Shown here piece after piece: positions 21,626-31,861 of a stretch of 64,000 nucleotides of DNA. The translations under genes were made by a program, and so were the position numbers. This DNA comes from an uncultured Gemmataceae bacterium (lineage in GTDB: Bacteria; Planctomycetota; Planctomycetia; Gemmatales; Gemmataceae): assembly GCA_963750165.1 (NCBI GenBank), contig CAVVPN010000003.1, positions 3,360,001 through 3,424,000 on the forward strand, read 5' to 3'. The notes under the pieces are model-generated. The model made no database searches. It saw only the letters and a list, made by a program, of their open reading frames with translations, and was not told the DNA's origin. Within the stretch, counting starts at the first letter, position 1, and every line of letters starts with the position of its first letter.

Positions 21626-23398
21626 ATGGCCTTAACCCAACAGCAAATCGAGCAGCAAAAGCAACAGGCGGAGGAGTTGCTGTTCGCCGGCCCGCAGACG
21701 TTGGGCTTCGCCAAAAGCCTGTTCTTCGGCCACTTCAACGCGCCGCTGCTGTTCCCCTACCCGCAACTGCCCGCGGCGGAACAGGCGGTCGTGGACGCGG
21801 CTGTCGCCGAGGTGCGCCGCTTCGCCGACGAGCACATCGACGCCGCCGCCATCGACCGCAACGCCGACATCCCGCCCGAGGTCGTTCACGGCCTCGCCGA
21901 GCTGGGCGTCCTCGGCATGACGGCACCGCGCGAGTACGGCGGCCGCGGCTTCTCGCAGATGGGCTACTGCAAGATCATGGAGGTCATCGGCGGCCACGAC
22001 AGCTCCACCGCCGTCTTCGTCAACGCGCACCACTCCATCGGCATTCGCGCCCTGCTGCTGTTTGGCACGCCGGAGCAGAAGGCAAAATGGCTGCCGGACC
22101 TGGTCAGCGGCAAGAAACTCGCGGCGTTCGCCCTGACCGAGCCGGAGGCCGGCTCCGACGCCGCCAACGTGCAGACCACCGCCACGCCCAGCGCCGACGG
22201 CAAGACGTTCCTGCTCAACGGCACCAAGCGCTACATCACCAACGGTGCCATCGCCCAGGTGTTGACCGTCATGGCGCGGACCCCCATCCCTGGGAGCAGC
22301 GAGACGAAGATCACCGCGTTTCTGGTGACGCCGGACATGCCCGGCTTCGAGGTGTTGGAAGCGCGGATGCCGAAGGTCGGCATTCGCGGCACCGCGACCG
22401 GCCGGCTGGCGTTCCATGACATGCCGGTGCCGGCGGAGAACATTTTGGGCCAGATGGGCAAGGGCCTGCGCGTGGCGTTGACGGTACTGGACTTCGGCCG
22501 CACCACCTTCGGCGCCAGCTGCACCGGCGCGGCCAGGATCTGCCTGCGTGCCGCCGTCAAGCACGCCAACCACCGCGAGCAGTTCAAGCAGAAGCTCGGC
22601 GACTTCGAGCTGGTCAAGAAGAAGATCGCCTACATGGCGGCGCACGCCTTCGCGATGGAGGCAACCACGACGCTGTGCGCGTCATTCATCGACCGCGGCG
22701 CCGAGGATTACATGCTGGAAACGGCCATGCTCAAGGTGTGGTCCACCGAGGCACTGTGGCAGATCGTCAACGACACCATTCAGATTTACGGCGGTCAGGC
22801 GTTCTTCACCGACGAGCCCTACGAGCGCATGATGCGTGACGCCCGGCTGAACCAGATCGGCGAGGGCGCTAACGACGTGCTGCGGGCGTTCATCGCCCTG
22901 GTGGGCCTGCGCGGCGTCGGCGAGCACTTGCAGGGCGTGCTGTCGGCGATCAAGCATCCGCTCAAGGGCCTGGGCACGCTCTGGCAGTTCGGCCGTGAAC
23001 AGGTGCAGTCGTGGCTGTCGGTGCCGGAGGTGCCGGTGCAGAGCGCCGCGCTGCGGCACGAGGCCCGCGAACTGGGCAAGCGCGTCCGCGACTTCGGCGC
23101 CGCCGTGCAGACGCTGCTGCGGCAGTATCGCGAGGCCGTGCTGGAACGGCAGTACCAGCAGGAGCGTGTCGCCGAGGCGGCTTGTGAACTGTATGCCTCC
23201 AGCTGCACGCTCAGCCGGCTCGACCACCTGCTGACGCACGGCAACGGCCACGCGCAGGAACTGGAACGCGACGTGAGCGCCGGCCGTTACTTCCTGCGAA
23301 TTTCCAACCGCCGCATTCAGCAGCAGCTGGCCGCACTGGCCGACAACGACGACGCCCAGACGACCCCGGCCGCTGACGTGGCGCTGAAGGGATATTGA
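21626..23398 (+). CDS. Acyl-CoA dehydrogenase (long, ACAD9/VLCAD-like)
   Basis: AAGGAG RBS; FALTEPEAGSDA, LNGTKRYITNG, QIYGG, RDARLNQIGEGAN. Confidence 0.93.
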   Translation: MALTQQQIEQQKQQAEELLFAGPQTLGFAKSLFFGHFNAPLLFPYPQLPAAEQAVVDAAVAEVRRFADEHIDAAAIDRNADIPPEVVHGLAELGVLGMTAPREYGGRGFSQMGYCKIMEVIGGHDSSTAVFVNAHHSIGIRALLLFGTPEQKAKWLPDLVSGKKLAAFALTEPEAGSDAANVQTTATPSADGKTFLLNGTKRYITNGAIAQVLTVMARTPIPGSSETKITAFLVTPDMPGFEVLEARMPKVGIRGTATGRLAFHDMPVPAENILGQMGKGLRVALTVLDFGRTTFGASCTGAARICLRAAVKHANHREQFKQKLGDFELVKKKIAYMAAHAFAMEATTTLCASFIDRGAEDYMLETAMLKVWSTEALWQIVNDTIQIYGGQAFFTDEPYERMMRDARLNQIGEGANDVLRAFIALVGLRGVGEHLQGVLSAIKHPLKGLGTLWQFGREQVQSWLSVPEVPVQSAALRHEARELGKRVRDFGAAVQTLLRQYREAVLERQYQQERVAEAACELYASSCTLSRLDHLLTHGNGHAQELERDVSAGRYFLRISNRRIQQQLAALADNDDAQTTPAADVALKGY

Positions 23399-23400
23399 GA

Positions 23401-23453
23401 ATTGCAGATTGAAAGACAGCAGGGTTCTGGTCTTTCAATCTGCAATCTGCAAT
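23401..23453. terminator. Hairpin between convergent genes (AATCTGC-repeat element / bidirectional terminator)
   Basis: ATTGCAGATTGAAAGAC...GTCTTTCAATCTGCAAT, 17-bp arms. Confidence 0.6.
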
Positions 23454-23457
23454 CGTA

Positions 23458-24096
23458 TTAGGCCAGGTGGACCGCGAGTGCCCGGCGGCGATGATACCAC
23501 CAGCCACCGCCGACCGTCACCAGGCCGAGGACCGCCAGCACGAATGCGGACGGCTCCGGCACCGACGAAACCGTGATGGTCGCCACAGCGCCGAGGCTGC
23601 CCACGGTGCCGGAGGTCGGGTTGCCCGGCGGCACGTACGGCCCCACTGTCACCGTGTAGGTGTGGTTGCCGATCGTCTGGGTCTGGGTCACCGGCGACGT
23701 GGGCGTCTCGACCAGTTGGGCGGAGCCCTGGGACAACGTGCCGTTAAACTGGCCGGAGAAGTACATCTGGTTGGACTTGCCCGACGCGAAGTCCGTGACG
23801 TACAGCGTCAGGGTGAAGCCCACGTTCTGAAAGACGGCCGGGTTCTTGGCGATGTCGGTGGTGGGCGAGGCCCAGGTGGTGATGTTGGTGGCGATCAGGG
23901 TCGTGTTGCCCTCCGCCTTGGCCGGCGACTCGTTGCTCAGGGTGATCTTCCCCAGCGTCGGGTCGTTGGTGGAATACAGGGTTGTCTTGTCGGGCGTGAA
24001 GTTAAACTCGGCGATGTAGTCGGCGCGGGCCAGGCTGCCCGTGCTCAGGCAGACGGCGACGGCGAGCGCGAACAGGCGCAACGCGGCGTATTTCAT
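23458..24096 (-). CDS. PEP-CTERM sorting domain protein
   Basis: Signal peptide ending ARA; VPEPS + TM + RRR tail. Confidence 0.9.
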   Translation of the reverse strand: MKYAALRLFALAVAVCLSTGSLARADYIAEFNFTPDKTTLYSTNDPTLGKITLSNESPAKAEGNTTLIATNITTWASPTTDIAKNPAVFQNVGFTLTLYVTDFASGKSNQMYFSGQFNGTLSQGSAQLVETPTSPVTQTQTIGNHTYTVTVGPYVPPGNPTSGTVGSLGAVATITVSSVPEPSAFVLAVLGLVTVGGGWWYHRRRALAVHLA

Positions 24097-24320
24097 ACAC
24101 CAGGCTCCTTTCCAATCCGTTGAGCGAGAGACCAGCAGCGGTTCAGTTTTGACAGCCGACGCCCGGCTGCCGCACACCCAATCACGACCAGACAACGCCG
24201 GCCTGCGCCGCGGGCCGCGGGCCGCCGGGACCGTTTCCCGAAAGCGGGCGGCATACTAAGGCAGTTGGCTCGGAGTGTCAAGCCAGACTAAAAACGGCGG
24301 TGCGTCTCTGGAATTTGGCG

Positions 24321-24380
24321 CGCGGCGCGGCGTCAGCCCGCCGGTGCTCCGTAGTACCGGCGGGCTGACGCCGCGCCGCG
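24321..24380. repeat. REP hairpin, CGTCAGC...GCTGACG family
   Basis: 25-bp arms CGCGGCGCGGCGTCAGCCCGCCGGT / ACCGGCGGGCTGACGCCGCGCCGCG. Confidence 0.85.
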
Positions 24381-24391
24381 CCGCGCCAGGG

Positions 24392-25492
24392 TCACTTCAG
24401 CGAAATCACATGGTTGCTGAGGCGCTCGAAGCCCGCGTCGGTGACCAGGTAATTGTTCTCGATTCGCAGGCCGCCAACGTGGGGCACGTACAGCCCCGGC
24501 TCCAGCGTCACCACGTCGCCGGCCAGCAGCGCTCGCTCGGAGTGCCGCACAAAAAACGGCGATTCCGGGTGCATCAGCCCCAGGCCGTGGCCGGCGTGGT
24601 GCGGGAAATACTCCGCCATGCCCGCCTGTTCAAAGACGCCGCGCACCGCGTCATACACTTCCTGGCACGCCGTCTCGGCCCGCAGTTGTGCCTCGCCGGC
24701 CGCCATCGCCGCGGTACACAGCTCGAACAGCCGGTGCTGCTCCGCGGTCGGGGCGCCGCCGACGACCAGCGTGTTCGTGAAGTCGCTGCGGTAGCCGCCG
24801 ATCACCACGGAATAATCCAGGATGAACATGTCACCGGACTGCAAGACGCGTTGCGTCGGCGGGCCGCCGCGCCGTGCCGGCCCCGTGCATACCGCGAAGT
24901 CGCCGTAGACGATGACCGGGTGCCCCGCCGCCGCCGTGCAGGCGCTCTGGACACCGCGGTACACGTCCAGTTCCGTCATGCCGCCATGCACGTGCGTCCG
25001 CGCCCAGGCGTGGCCCGCGTCGGTCGCATGCATGCAGCGGCGCAGCAGGTCGATTTCATCGGCGTCCTTTTGCCGCCGCAGGTGGGTCAACACCTCGGTG
25101 ATGAGCCGGCCGATTTCCCTACCGGGGTAGTCGTCCGCGACAAACGTACCGGCCTCCATCAGGGCGCAAACCTCGTCGTTCAGAGCCAGTTGTCGAGGCT
25201 CGTGGCCGGGCGATTGGCCGTCGTACCAGTTCACCACCTCGCGCACATCCACGTGCGCCTCCTTCACGGAGGCCGGCAGGCGGTTGTCGTGGATGAGCGT
25301 GGCATGGCCGTCGCGGCGCAGCAACAGGTAGCCGCCAAAGCCGCCGCCCAGGCTGAACGGATCGACGTAAAAATTCGCCAGGTACATCAGGTGGATGGGT
25401 TGGCCGATCAGGACGCGGTCCTCGGTGAGGAACGACGCCTCCTGCCAGAAGCGTTGGCGGCGCTGGTGGCAACCCTCGGCGCTGAGGAGCAT
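24392..25492 (-). CDS. Xaa-Pro aminopeptidase family (M24)
   Basis: LDYS..GYRSDFT, HHAGHGLGL.HPE, TLEPGLY, GLRIEN. Confidence 0.92.
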   Translation of the reverse strand: MLLSAEGCHQRRQRFWQEASFLTEDRVLIGQPIHLMYLANFYVDPFSLGGGFGGYLLLRRDGHATLIHDNRLPASVKEAHVDVREVVNWYDGQSPGHEPRQLALNDEVCALMEAGTFVADDYPGREIGRLITEVLTHLRRQKDADEIDLLRRCMHATDAGHAWARTHVHGGMTELDVYRGVQSACTAAAGHPVIVYGDFAVCTGPARRGGPPTQRVLQSGDMFILDYSVVIGGYRSDFTNTLVVGGAPTAEQHRLFELCTAAMAAGEAQLRAETACQEVYDAVRGVFEQAGMAEYFPHHAGHGLGLMHPESPFFVRHSERALLAGDVVTLEPGLYVPHVGGLRIENNYLVTDAGFERLSNHVISLK

Positions 25493-25611
25493 GTTGTGCA
25501 GACCTCCGAAAAGCGGTTGCGTCGGTGGGGACGCGGTCCCGATGTGGAAACCCGGCGTCGCCTCTTATAGAACACTACCATGCCGACGGTCCCGACGACA
25601 GGGGAGGGCTC

Positions 25612-26331
25612 GTGTCCCTAGCGCTACTGGACAAGCGGGAAACCCGCATTCGACGCATGTTCGATAACATCGCGCCGAGTTACGACCTGCTCAACCACCT
25701 GTTGAGCCTGAACATCGACCACTACTGGCGCTGGCGGACCACCCGGCTAGCGCCGCCGACAGGCGACGGCCCCATCCTCGACCTGTGTACAGGGACCGGC
25801 GACCTGGCGCTGGCCTACGACCGCGCCGCCGCTGGCCGGGTGCCCATCATCGGAGCGGATTTTTCGTCGGCAATGCTGGCGCGGGCGGCCGTCAAGGTGC
25901 GGCAGCGGCGGGCGGTCGGGCGCATCCGCTTGCTGGAAGCGGATGCTCAGCGGCTGCCGTTCCCGGACGACACGTTTCAGATCACGACGGTGGCGTTCGG
26001 TCTGCGCAACGTCACCGACACCGACCGCGGCCTGGCGGAGATGGTGCGGGTGACACGGCCTGGCGGCCGGGTGGCGATCCTGGAGTTCGCGCGGCCGCGC
26101 GGCCGGCTGCTGGGACGGTTGTATCAGTTCTACTTCCGCCGGGTGCTGCCGGTCATCGGCCAGACAATCTCGCGCAGCAAGGACAATGCGTATCGCTATC
26201 TGCCGGCCAGCGTGCAGGAGTTCCCCGACGGCGAGGTGCTGGCGGAGCGACTGCGGCGGCACCGGCTGCGCGACGTGCGCTGGTGGCCGCTGACGTTCGG
26301 GGCGGCGGCGGTGTACGTTGGGGTGAAATAA
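25612..26331 (+). CDS. ubiE: Demethylmenaquinone methyltransferase (UbiE/MenG)
   Basis: GGAGG + GTG; MFDNIAPSYDLLNHLLS, LDLCTGTGD, AFGLRNV, YRYLPAS. Confidence 0.92.
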   Translation: MSLALLDKRETRIRRMFDNIAPSYDLLNHLLSLNIDHYWRWRTTRLAPPTGDGPILDLCTGTGDLALAYDRAAAGRVPIIGADFSSAMLARAAVKVRQRRAVGRIRLLEADAQRLPFPDDTFQITTVAFGLRNVTDTDRGLAEMVRVTRPGGRVAILEFARPRGRLLGRLYQFYFRRVLPVIGQTISRSKDNAYRYLPASVQEFPDGEVLAERLRRHRLRDVRWWPLTFGAAAVYVGVK

Positions 26332-26408
26332 TTGCGGCACGGCGGTCGCCGGCTGGGTATGATGCTGGTTGGTATGGAGGCAACTTTTCCCCAACGGGAG
26401 ACCATCCC

Positions 26409-26909
26409 ATGAACGCGCTCCGAGTCTCCGCGCCGGCAACGGTGGTTATCGGCCTGATCGCCGTGGCCCTGTCCACGAGCCCGCTGCGGGCACAGCCCCC
26501 GGGCCAAACCCTCCCCCTCAAAGCGCAGGCGGCGCTGGCGGAAAAGCAGGTCGCCATCAAGCGCACCGCCGTCAAGATCGCCGACGTGTACCGGGTCATC
26601 GCCGAGGCCAAGCTGAAGGCGCTGAAGGCCAGGGCGGACGCCGCCAGGGCGCAGGTCGCGATCGCCAAACTCCATCTGGAGAACACGGAGCAGCTGCAGA
26701 AGCAGGCCATCGTCTCTGCGCGTGAGGTCCAGGAGTTTCGGGCCAAGCTTAACGTGGCCAGCGCCGCGGCGGTGGACGCCGAATCCCAGGTCGAGGTCGG
26801 CGCCGCGGAGGTCCTGCTGGAGACCGCCCGCCGCGAGTTGGCACAGGCAGAACTGGCGGAGGCGGAACTGCGCCTCCAGCTGCTGCAAGACCAGGCGAAG
26901 GCGAAATAA
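26409..26909 (+). CDS. Secreted all-helical coiled-coil protein (efflux adaptor/OMF hairpin-like)
   Basis: Signal peptide ending LRA; Ala/Glu heptads; QAIVSAREV motif as in membrane-fusion-protein hairpins. Confidence 0.65.
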   Translation: MNALRVSAPATVVIGLIAVALSTSPLRAQPPGQTLPLKAQAALAEKQVAIKRTAVKIADVYRVIAEAKLKALKARADAARAQVAIAKLHLENTEQLQKQAIVSAREVQEFRAKLNVASAAAVDAESQVEVGAAEVLLETARRELAQAELAEAELRLQLLQDQAKAK

Positions 26910-26943
26910 CCGTGAGCCCCAACCAGGCGGAGGCGGGAAACCC

Positions 26944-27699
26944 ATGCGCAACCAATGGCGCTGTGCGGTGTGTGCGTTAGTGTTCGCCGGGTGGCTGACC
27001 GGCTCGTCCGCACAGGGGCAGCAACCTGCCACGGTTGTCGTCCGCTCCGTGAAGCCCATGGGCGACGGGAAGGCCATGTCGCGCGCCTGGATCATGCCCC
27101 ACGGACTGACTTGGGAGGACTACGAGCGCATCAAAAAACTCGACGGGGTGGTCGGCGTGCTGCCGCTGCGCATCTTTCCGCAGGAAGTACACCACGAAGC
27201 CAAAGCGAGCAACGCCCGTCTCGTCGCCACCACGGAGGGCTACGCGAAATTCCATGACGTGCCGCTGGCCGCCGGCCGGTTCCTCAACCAGATGGACGAG
27301 GGCGACGACCAGCGCATCCGCACCGTGGTCGTGCTCGGGGTGCAGCTGGCAGCGGAGTTGTTTCCCAAGGGGAATGCCGTCGGCCAATCCATCATGCTGA
27401 ACAAGGAACAGTATGTCGTGGTGGGCGTCGTCCGCAACCGCCTGCCGCGCAAGCCCGGCGCCAACCAACTGGCCGAGGACTACAACCGCGACGTGTACAT
27501 GCCCATCAAGACGTGCCAGGTACGCTACGGCGATAAAATCACCATCCGCCAGGGCGGCGCCAGAACCGGGGAACAGGTGCAGCTGCACCAAATCCTCGTC
27601 AACGTTCGCCAGGGACGGGCGGAGGCCGTGGCTAAAGTGGCCCGCGAACTGCTGGGCAAACATCACAATAAAAAGGACTGGGACGTGTCCGTGCGTTAA
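26944..27699 (+). CDS. Stand-alone MacB-like periplasmic core domain protein
   Basis: HGLTWEDYERI, LAAGRFL..D, VVVLG..LAAELF...AVGQSI, YVVVGV, DVYMPI; no FtsX TM helices. Confidence 0.75.
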   Translation: MRNQWRCAVCALVFAGWLTGSSAQGQQPATVVVRSVKPMGDGKAMSRAWIMPHGLTWEDYERIKKLDGVVGVLPLRIFPQEVHHEAKASNARLVATTEGYAKFHDVPLAAGRFLNQMDEGDDQRIRTVVVLGVQLAAELFPKGNAVGQSIMLNKEQYVVVGVVRNRLPRKPGANQLAEDYNRDVYMPIKTCQVRYGDKITIRQGGARTGEQVQLHQILVNVRQGRAEAVAKVARELLGKHHNKKDWDVSVR

Positions 27700-27740
27700 C
27701 GTGTCACTCCGATCTCGATTCCTTTCCCCAAGGAGAGCCC

Positions 27741-28736
27741 ATGTTCCGACGACTCGCAACGTTCGCTCTGGTGGCGGGCTGTCTACCGCTGCTGACCGGC
27801 TGCATCGACATGACGCAGACCATCACCCTGAACCCGGACGGCAAGGGCAAGGTGGTGTACGACGCCACCGTCTCGCCCCTGCTGGCGGGCGGCGGCCTGC
27901 TGAAGATGGGCGGGCCCAACGCCAAGGAGAAGACGCCGGAGGAAATGCTTCAGGAATTCGCCAAGGGCATGCTGGAGAAAAAGGGCGTGACGGCCTGGAA
28001 GGACGTGTCGGTCAAGTGGACCAACGAGGGCAAGCTGCACTTCGTCGGCACCGCCTACTTCGAGAACCTCGACGACCTGGAAGGGGTCGGCGGTGACAAC
28101 AAGCCTGGCGGCGGCGGCCCTCCCGGAGGCGGCCAGTCGGTCGGGCAGTTCACGATCACGAAGGAGAAAAATATCTGGAAGATCACGGGCAAGAAGGCCG
28201 GGAACCCGGTCGGCCCGGTCATCAACCCGAACCCCAACCCCAACCAGCCGATGTTCGATCCGACCAAGGCGACGCCCAAGGAGTGGGACGACATGGTGCT
28301 GAAAATGCGCATCGGCTACCAGTCGATGAAGCCGTTCCTGGTCATGATGCTGAGCGACCTGAAGGTGAAAACGGTGTACCGGCTGCCCGGTGAGGTGACG
28401 GAGGCCAAGGGTTTCAAGAAGGCGGGCGCCGGGGTGGTGGCGCACACGATGGACGGTGAAAAGATCATGGAGGGCTTCAAGAAGTTCATGACGCAGGACG
28501 CCGTCGCCTGGAAGCGGATGATGCAACAGATGAATAACCAGCCGGTCAACCCGCAAGTGCTGATGGAGAAATTGGGGTTCCCGGCGGAAATGATGGAGCC
28601 GAGCCTGACGCTGCGCGTGGAGGGCAAGGATCAGTTCGACTACGCCAAGGAGGTGCAGGGGGCCCGGACGCAGTACCCGCGGCTGCGCGAACAGCTGAAG
28701 CTGGACGCCGGCGTGAAACTGCCTGGGGAGCAGTAA
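27741..28736 (+). CDS. Lipoprotein of unknown function
   Basis: AAGGAG RBS; lipobox LLTGC; IDMTQTITLNPDGKG. Confidence 0.8.
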   Translation: MFRRLATFALVAGCLPLLTGCIDMTQTITLNPDGKGKVVYDATVSPLLAGGGLLKMGGPNAKEKTPEEMLQEFAKGMLEKKGVTAWKDVSVKWTNEGKLHFVGTAYFENLDDLEGVGGDNKPGGGGPPGGGQSVGQFTITKEKNIWKITGKKAGNPVGPVINPNPNPNQPMFDPTKATPKEWDDMVLKMRIGYQSMKPFLVMMLSDLKVKTVYRLPGEVTEAKGFKKAGAGVVAHTMDGEKIMEGFKKFMTQDAVAWKRMMQQMNNQPVNPQVLMEKLGFPAEMMEPSLTLRVEGKDQFDYAKEVQGARTQYPRLREQLKLDAGVKLPGEQ

Positions 28737-28745
28737 CCCAACGGG

Positions 28746-28814
28746 CCGGCGAGCGGGGACGCGTCAGCGCCCCGTGACGGGAGCACGGGGCGCTGACGCG
28801 ACCCCGCTCGCCGG
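28746..28814. repeat. REP hairpin, CGTCAGC...GCTGACG family
   Basis: 31-bp arms, 30/31 complementary; right end abuts the GGAGGAGG RBS of the next gene. Confidence 0.85.
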
Positions 28815-28826
28815 AGGAGGGCGGTC

Positions 28827-29078
28827 ATGACCCAGGTGAAAGCGGTCGCCGACTGGATGGCGGAACGCGGCCTGACGCTGGCCCAGCTGGTCACGGCGGC
28901 GGCGCTGGACGAGCGCGTCGTCACGGCCATCGCCCAGGGCCGCTACACCCCCAGCCCGGAGCAGCGCCGCCGTCTGGCCGCGGCCCTGGGGGTGAGTCCC
29001 GAACAGGTGGCGTGGGGCCATCAGGTGGAGGTGGCGCACGTGTACGGCCACGGCCCACAATTCGGCCGCAGCCCATGA
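28827..29078 (+). CDS. XRE-like HTH protein, paralog 1
   Basis: GLTLAQL...LDERVV.AI..GRYTPSPEQR..LAAALGV; tail WGHQVEVAHVYGHGP. Confidence 0.85.
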   Translation: MTQVKAVADWMAERGLTLAQLVTAAALDERVVTAIAQGRYTPSPEQRRRLAAALGVSPEQVAWGHQVEVAHVYGHGPQFGRSP

Positions 29079-29088
29079 GGATGAAGCG

Positions 29089-29328
29089 ATGGCAGACACA
29101 CTCCGAAGCGTCGATCAGCTGTGCGTCGAGCACGGCCTGGACGCGCGCCAGTTGGCGGAGCGCGCCGGGCTGGACGAGCAGCGCGTCGCGGCCATCGTGC
29201 TGGGCCGCTGGACGCCGAGCCCGCAGGAGCGCGACGCCATCGCCGGCGTGTTCGGCCTGACGCGCGACCAGATTATTTGGGGGCACAAGACGCCCATTCA
29301 GCACCTGTACGGACAGGGGCCGGCGTGA
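29089..29328 (+). CDS. XRE-like HTH protein, paralog 2
   Basis: [35 protein letters not shown]; tail WGHKTPIQHLYGQGP. Confidence 0.85.
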   Translation: MADTLRSVDQLCVEHGLDARQLAERAGLDEQRVAAIVLGRWTPSPQERDAIAGVFGLTRDQIIWGHKTPIQHLYGQGPA

Positions 29329-29356
29329 GGGGCCGGGATCGGAAACGGACGGAGCA

Positions 29357-30370
29357 GTGATGGAGACGGATCAAGAACATTTGCTCATCCGCGCCACCCG
29401 CGGTGAATCCGTGGAGCGGCCGCCGGTGTGGGCCATGCGCCAGGCCGGCCGCTGGGATCCTGAGTTCAACCGCGTCCGCGCCGGACTGCCGTTCTACGAG
29501 TTCTCCGAAAACGTCGAGTTGGCCGCCGAGGCGTCACTGCTGCCGCGGCGCTTCGGTGTCGATGCGATCATCCTCTTTTACGACATCACCACGCTGACCG
29601 TGGCGATGGGCCAGCCGTTCACGCTGCGGCCTGCCATCGGCCCGGTGCCGGACTGGCCGGTGCGCGCGCTGACCGACGTGGACCGCCTCGCCGTGGAACC
29701 CGACCCCGAGCGCTTCCGCCACGTCCGCGACCTGCTCCAGCAGGTCCGCGCCGCACTGCACGGCGAACTGCCGGTGATCGTCTTCGCCGGGGCGCCGTTC
29801 ACCCTGGCGACCTACAGCATCGGCACCGGCAAGAACCTCGCCGCCACGCGCCGCTTCGCCGCCGAGCAACCGCTCGTCTGGGGCCGCCTGCTCGACAAGT
29901 TGACCACCGCAACCGTTCACTTCCTGCGTGTCCTGGTGCGCGAGGGCGCCCAGGTGTATCAGCTCTTCGACTCCTGGGCGGGCATGCTGGCGCCGGAAGA
30001 GTACCAGCGCTGGGCGCAACCGCAGCACACGGCCGTCTTCGCCGGCGTGACCGGTGTGCCGCGCATCCTGTTCGTCAAGGAGTGTCCCTACCTCGATCGC
30101 ATGACGCAAACCGGCGCCGACGTGATTAGCCTCGGCGTGACGCACGACCTGGCGGCGGCCCGGCAGCAGTATCCGCGGCTGTCGTTCCAGGGCAACGTCG
30201 ATGAGGCACTGCTGCGCACGGGCACACCGGAGCAGGTGGCGGAGGCGACGCGGCGCTGCGTTCTGCAGGGCGGCGGCCGGCGCCACATCGTCAACCTCAG
30301 CCACGGCCTCGACCGGGCCACGCCGGTCGCCAACTTCGAGGCGTATGTGCGCGCCGCCCGCGGCGGCTGA
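29357..30370 (+). CDS. hemE: Uroporphyrinogen decarboxylase (start may be ATG 29360)
   Basis: PVWAMRQAGR, DAIILFYDI, FAGAPFTLATY, QLFDSWAG, QGNVD, IVNLSHG. Confidence 0.9.
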   Translation: MMETDQEHLLIRATRGESVERPPVWAMRQAGRWDPEFNRVRAGLPFYEFSENVELAAEASLLPRRFGVDAIILFYDITTLTVAMGQPFTLRPAIGPVPDWPVRALTDVDRLAVEPDPERFRHVRDLLQQVRAALHGELPVIVFAGAPFTLATYSIGTGKNLAATRRFAAEQPLVWGRLLDKLTTATVHFLRVLVREGAQVYQLFDSWAGMLAPEEYQRWAQPQHTAVFAGVTGVPRILFVKECPYLDRMTQTGADVISLGVTHDLAAARQQYPRLSFQGNVDEALLRTGTPEQVAEATRRCVLQGGGRRHIVNLSHGLDRATPVANFEAYVRAARGG

Positions 30371-30387
30371 GAGCCAGGCGTCGAAGA

Positions 30388-30525
30388 GGAACTACGGATC
30401 ACACGGATCACACGGATAAAGGACACCGAGCGATGGGTTCCCTGGGGAGCCCAGAAAATGCTCATCCTCTCTGGCTCCTTCTATTCATCTTTTTAATCCG
30501 TGTTGTCCGTGTGATCCGTGGTTCC
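30388..30525. repeat. MITE-like element with inverted arrays of the 9-mer CACGGATCA
   Basis: GGAACTACGGATCACACGGATCACACGGAT ... ATCCGTGTTGTCCGTGTGATCCGTGGTTCC. Confidence 0.8.
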
Positions 30526-30556
30526 TGTTTTCGCTTCGCTTGAAAGGGGTGGCGAG

Positions 30557-31861
30557 GTGCTGAACAAGCCGGGGGCGGGGCCGCCGCGGGTGCTGTGCGA
30601 GGCGCGCGGCGTCTGGCACGAATTCAAGCTGCCGCACGGCAAGCCGCTGTGCGTGCTGGAGGACGTGAACGTCACCGTCCGCGCCGACGAGGTGGTGGCG
30701 CTGCTGGGCCCGTCGGGCTGCGGCAAATCGACCATCCTGCGCATCCTGGCCGGACTGATCCGGCCGACGCGCGGCGAGGTGCTGTACCACGGTCAACCGC
30801 TGACGGGCCTGAACCCGGGCACGGCGGTGGTGTTCCAGAGTTTCGCGCTGCTGCCGTGGATGACGGTGGCGGAAAACGTCGAGGCGGTGCTGCGGGCGGC
30901 GGGGGTGGCACCGGCGGCGGAGCAGGCGCAGCGGGCGATCAACCTGGTGGGGCTGGGCGGCTTCGAGGCGTCGTATCCGCGCGAACTGTCCGGTGGCATG
31001 AAGCAGCGCGTCGGCATGGCGCGGGCGCTGGCGGTGGACCCGGAAATCCTGCTCATGGACGAACCGTTCAGCCAGGTGGACGCGCTCACCGCGGAGAGCC
31101 TGCGAGCGGAGGTGCTCGACATCTGGGGCACCGTCGGCCGCAATCCCTCCGCGATTTTACTGGTCAGCCACGACATCAAGGAAGTGGCGTTCATGGCCGA
31201 CCGCATCGTCATCCTGAGCGCCAACCCCGGCCGCGTCCGCACGGTCGTCGAGAACCCGCTGCCGCGGCCGCGCGACTACCGCTCGCCGCAACTGCTCGCG
31301 CTGGTCGATCACCTGCACGAGATCATCACCGGCCACGAACTGCCCGATCAGCCGCCCACCGCACCGGCAGAGTTTGAGGCGCTGCCCGAGGCGGGGGTCG
31401 GCGAGATCATCGGCCTGCTGGAATACCTGGACGCCCGCAGCGGCCGCGAGAACGTCTTCCGCATCGCCGCGGAACTGCACCGGCCGTTCGGCGGCATGAT
31501 CGCCGTGGCCAAGGCCGCCGAGATGCTGGATTTCGTGGACACGCCGCGGCAGCTGGTGGTGCTGGACCCGCCGGGCCAGCGCTTCGTGCGGGCGGCGCCG
31601 GAGGAGCGGCCGGCGCTGTGGCGCGAGCAACTGCTGCGTCTGCGGCTGTTCCGCGAACTGCACGAGGCGCTGAAGCGAGAGGGTGACGAGGGGCTGACAC
31701 GGCACTTCGTGCTGGAGACGATCATCCTGCGACTACCGCAGGAGAATTACGAGCGGACGTTTGAGACGCTGGTCCGCTGGGGGCGCTACGGCGAGTTGTT
31801 CGTCTACGATGAGGCGACGGAGCGCCTGACGCTGTCGAAGGAGGGGGCCGCGGTTGTGTGA
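30557..31861 (+). CDS. NitT/TauT-family ABC transporter ATPase with C-terminal AAA-associated domain
   Basis: [30 protein letters not shown]-terminal [10 protein letters not shown]. Confidence 0.9.
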   Translation: MLNKPGAGPPRVLCEARGVWHEFKLPHGKPLCVLEDVNVTVRADEVVALLGPSGCGKSTILRILAGLIRPTRGEVLYHGQPLTGLNPGTAVVFQSFALLPWMTVAENVEAVLRAAGVAPAAEQAQRAINLVGLGGFEASYPRELSGGMKQRVGMARALAVDPEILLMDEPFSQVDALTAESLRAEVLDIWGTVGRNPSAILLVSHDIKEVAFMADRIVILSANPGRVRTVVENPLPRPRDYRSPQLLALVDHLHEIITGHELPDQPPTAPAEFEALPEAGVGEIIGLLEYLDARSGRENVFRIAAELHRPFGGMIAVAKAAEMLDFVDTPRQLVVLDPPGQRFVRAAPEERPALWREQLLRLRLFRELHEALKREGDEGLTRHFVLETIILRLPQENYERTFETLVRWGRYGELFVYDEATERLTLSKEGAAVV

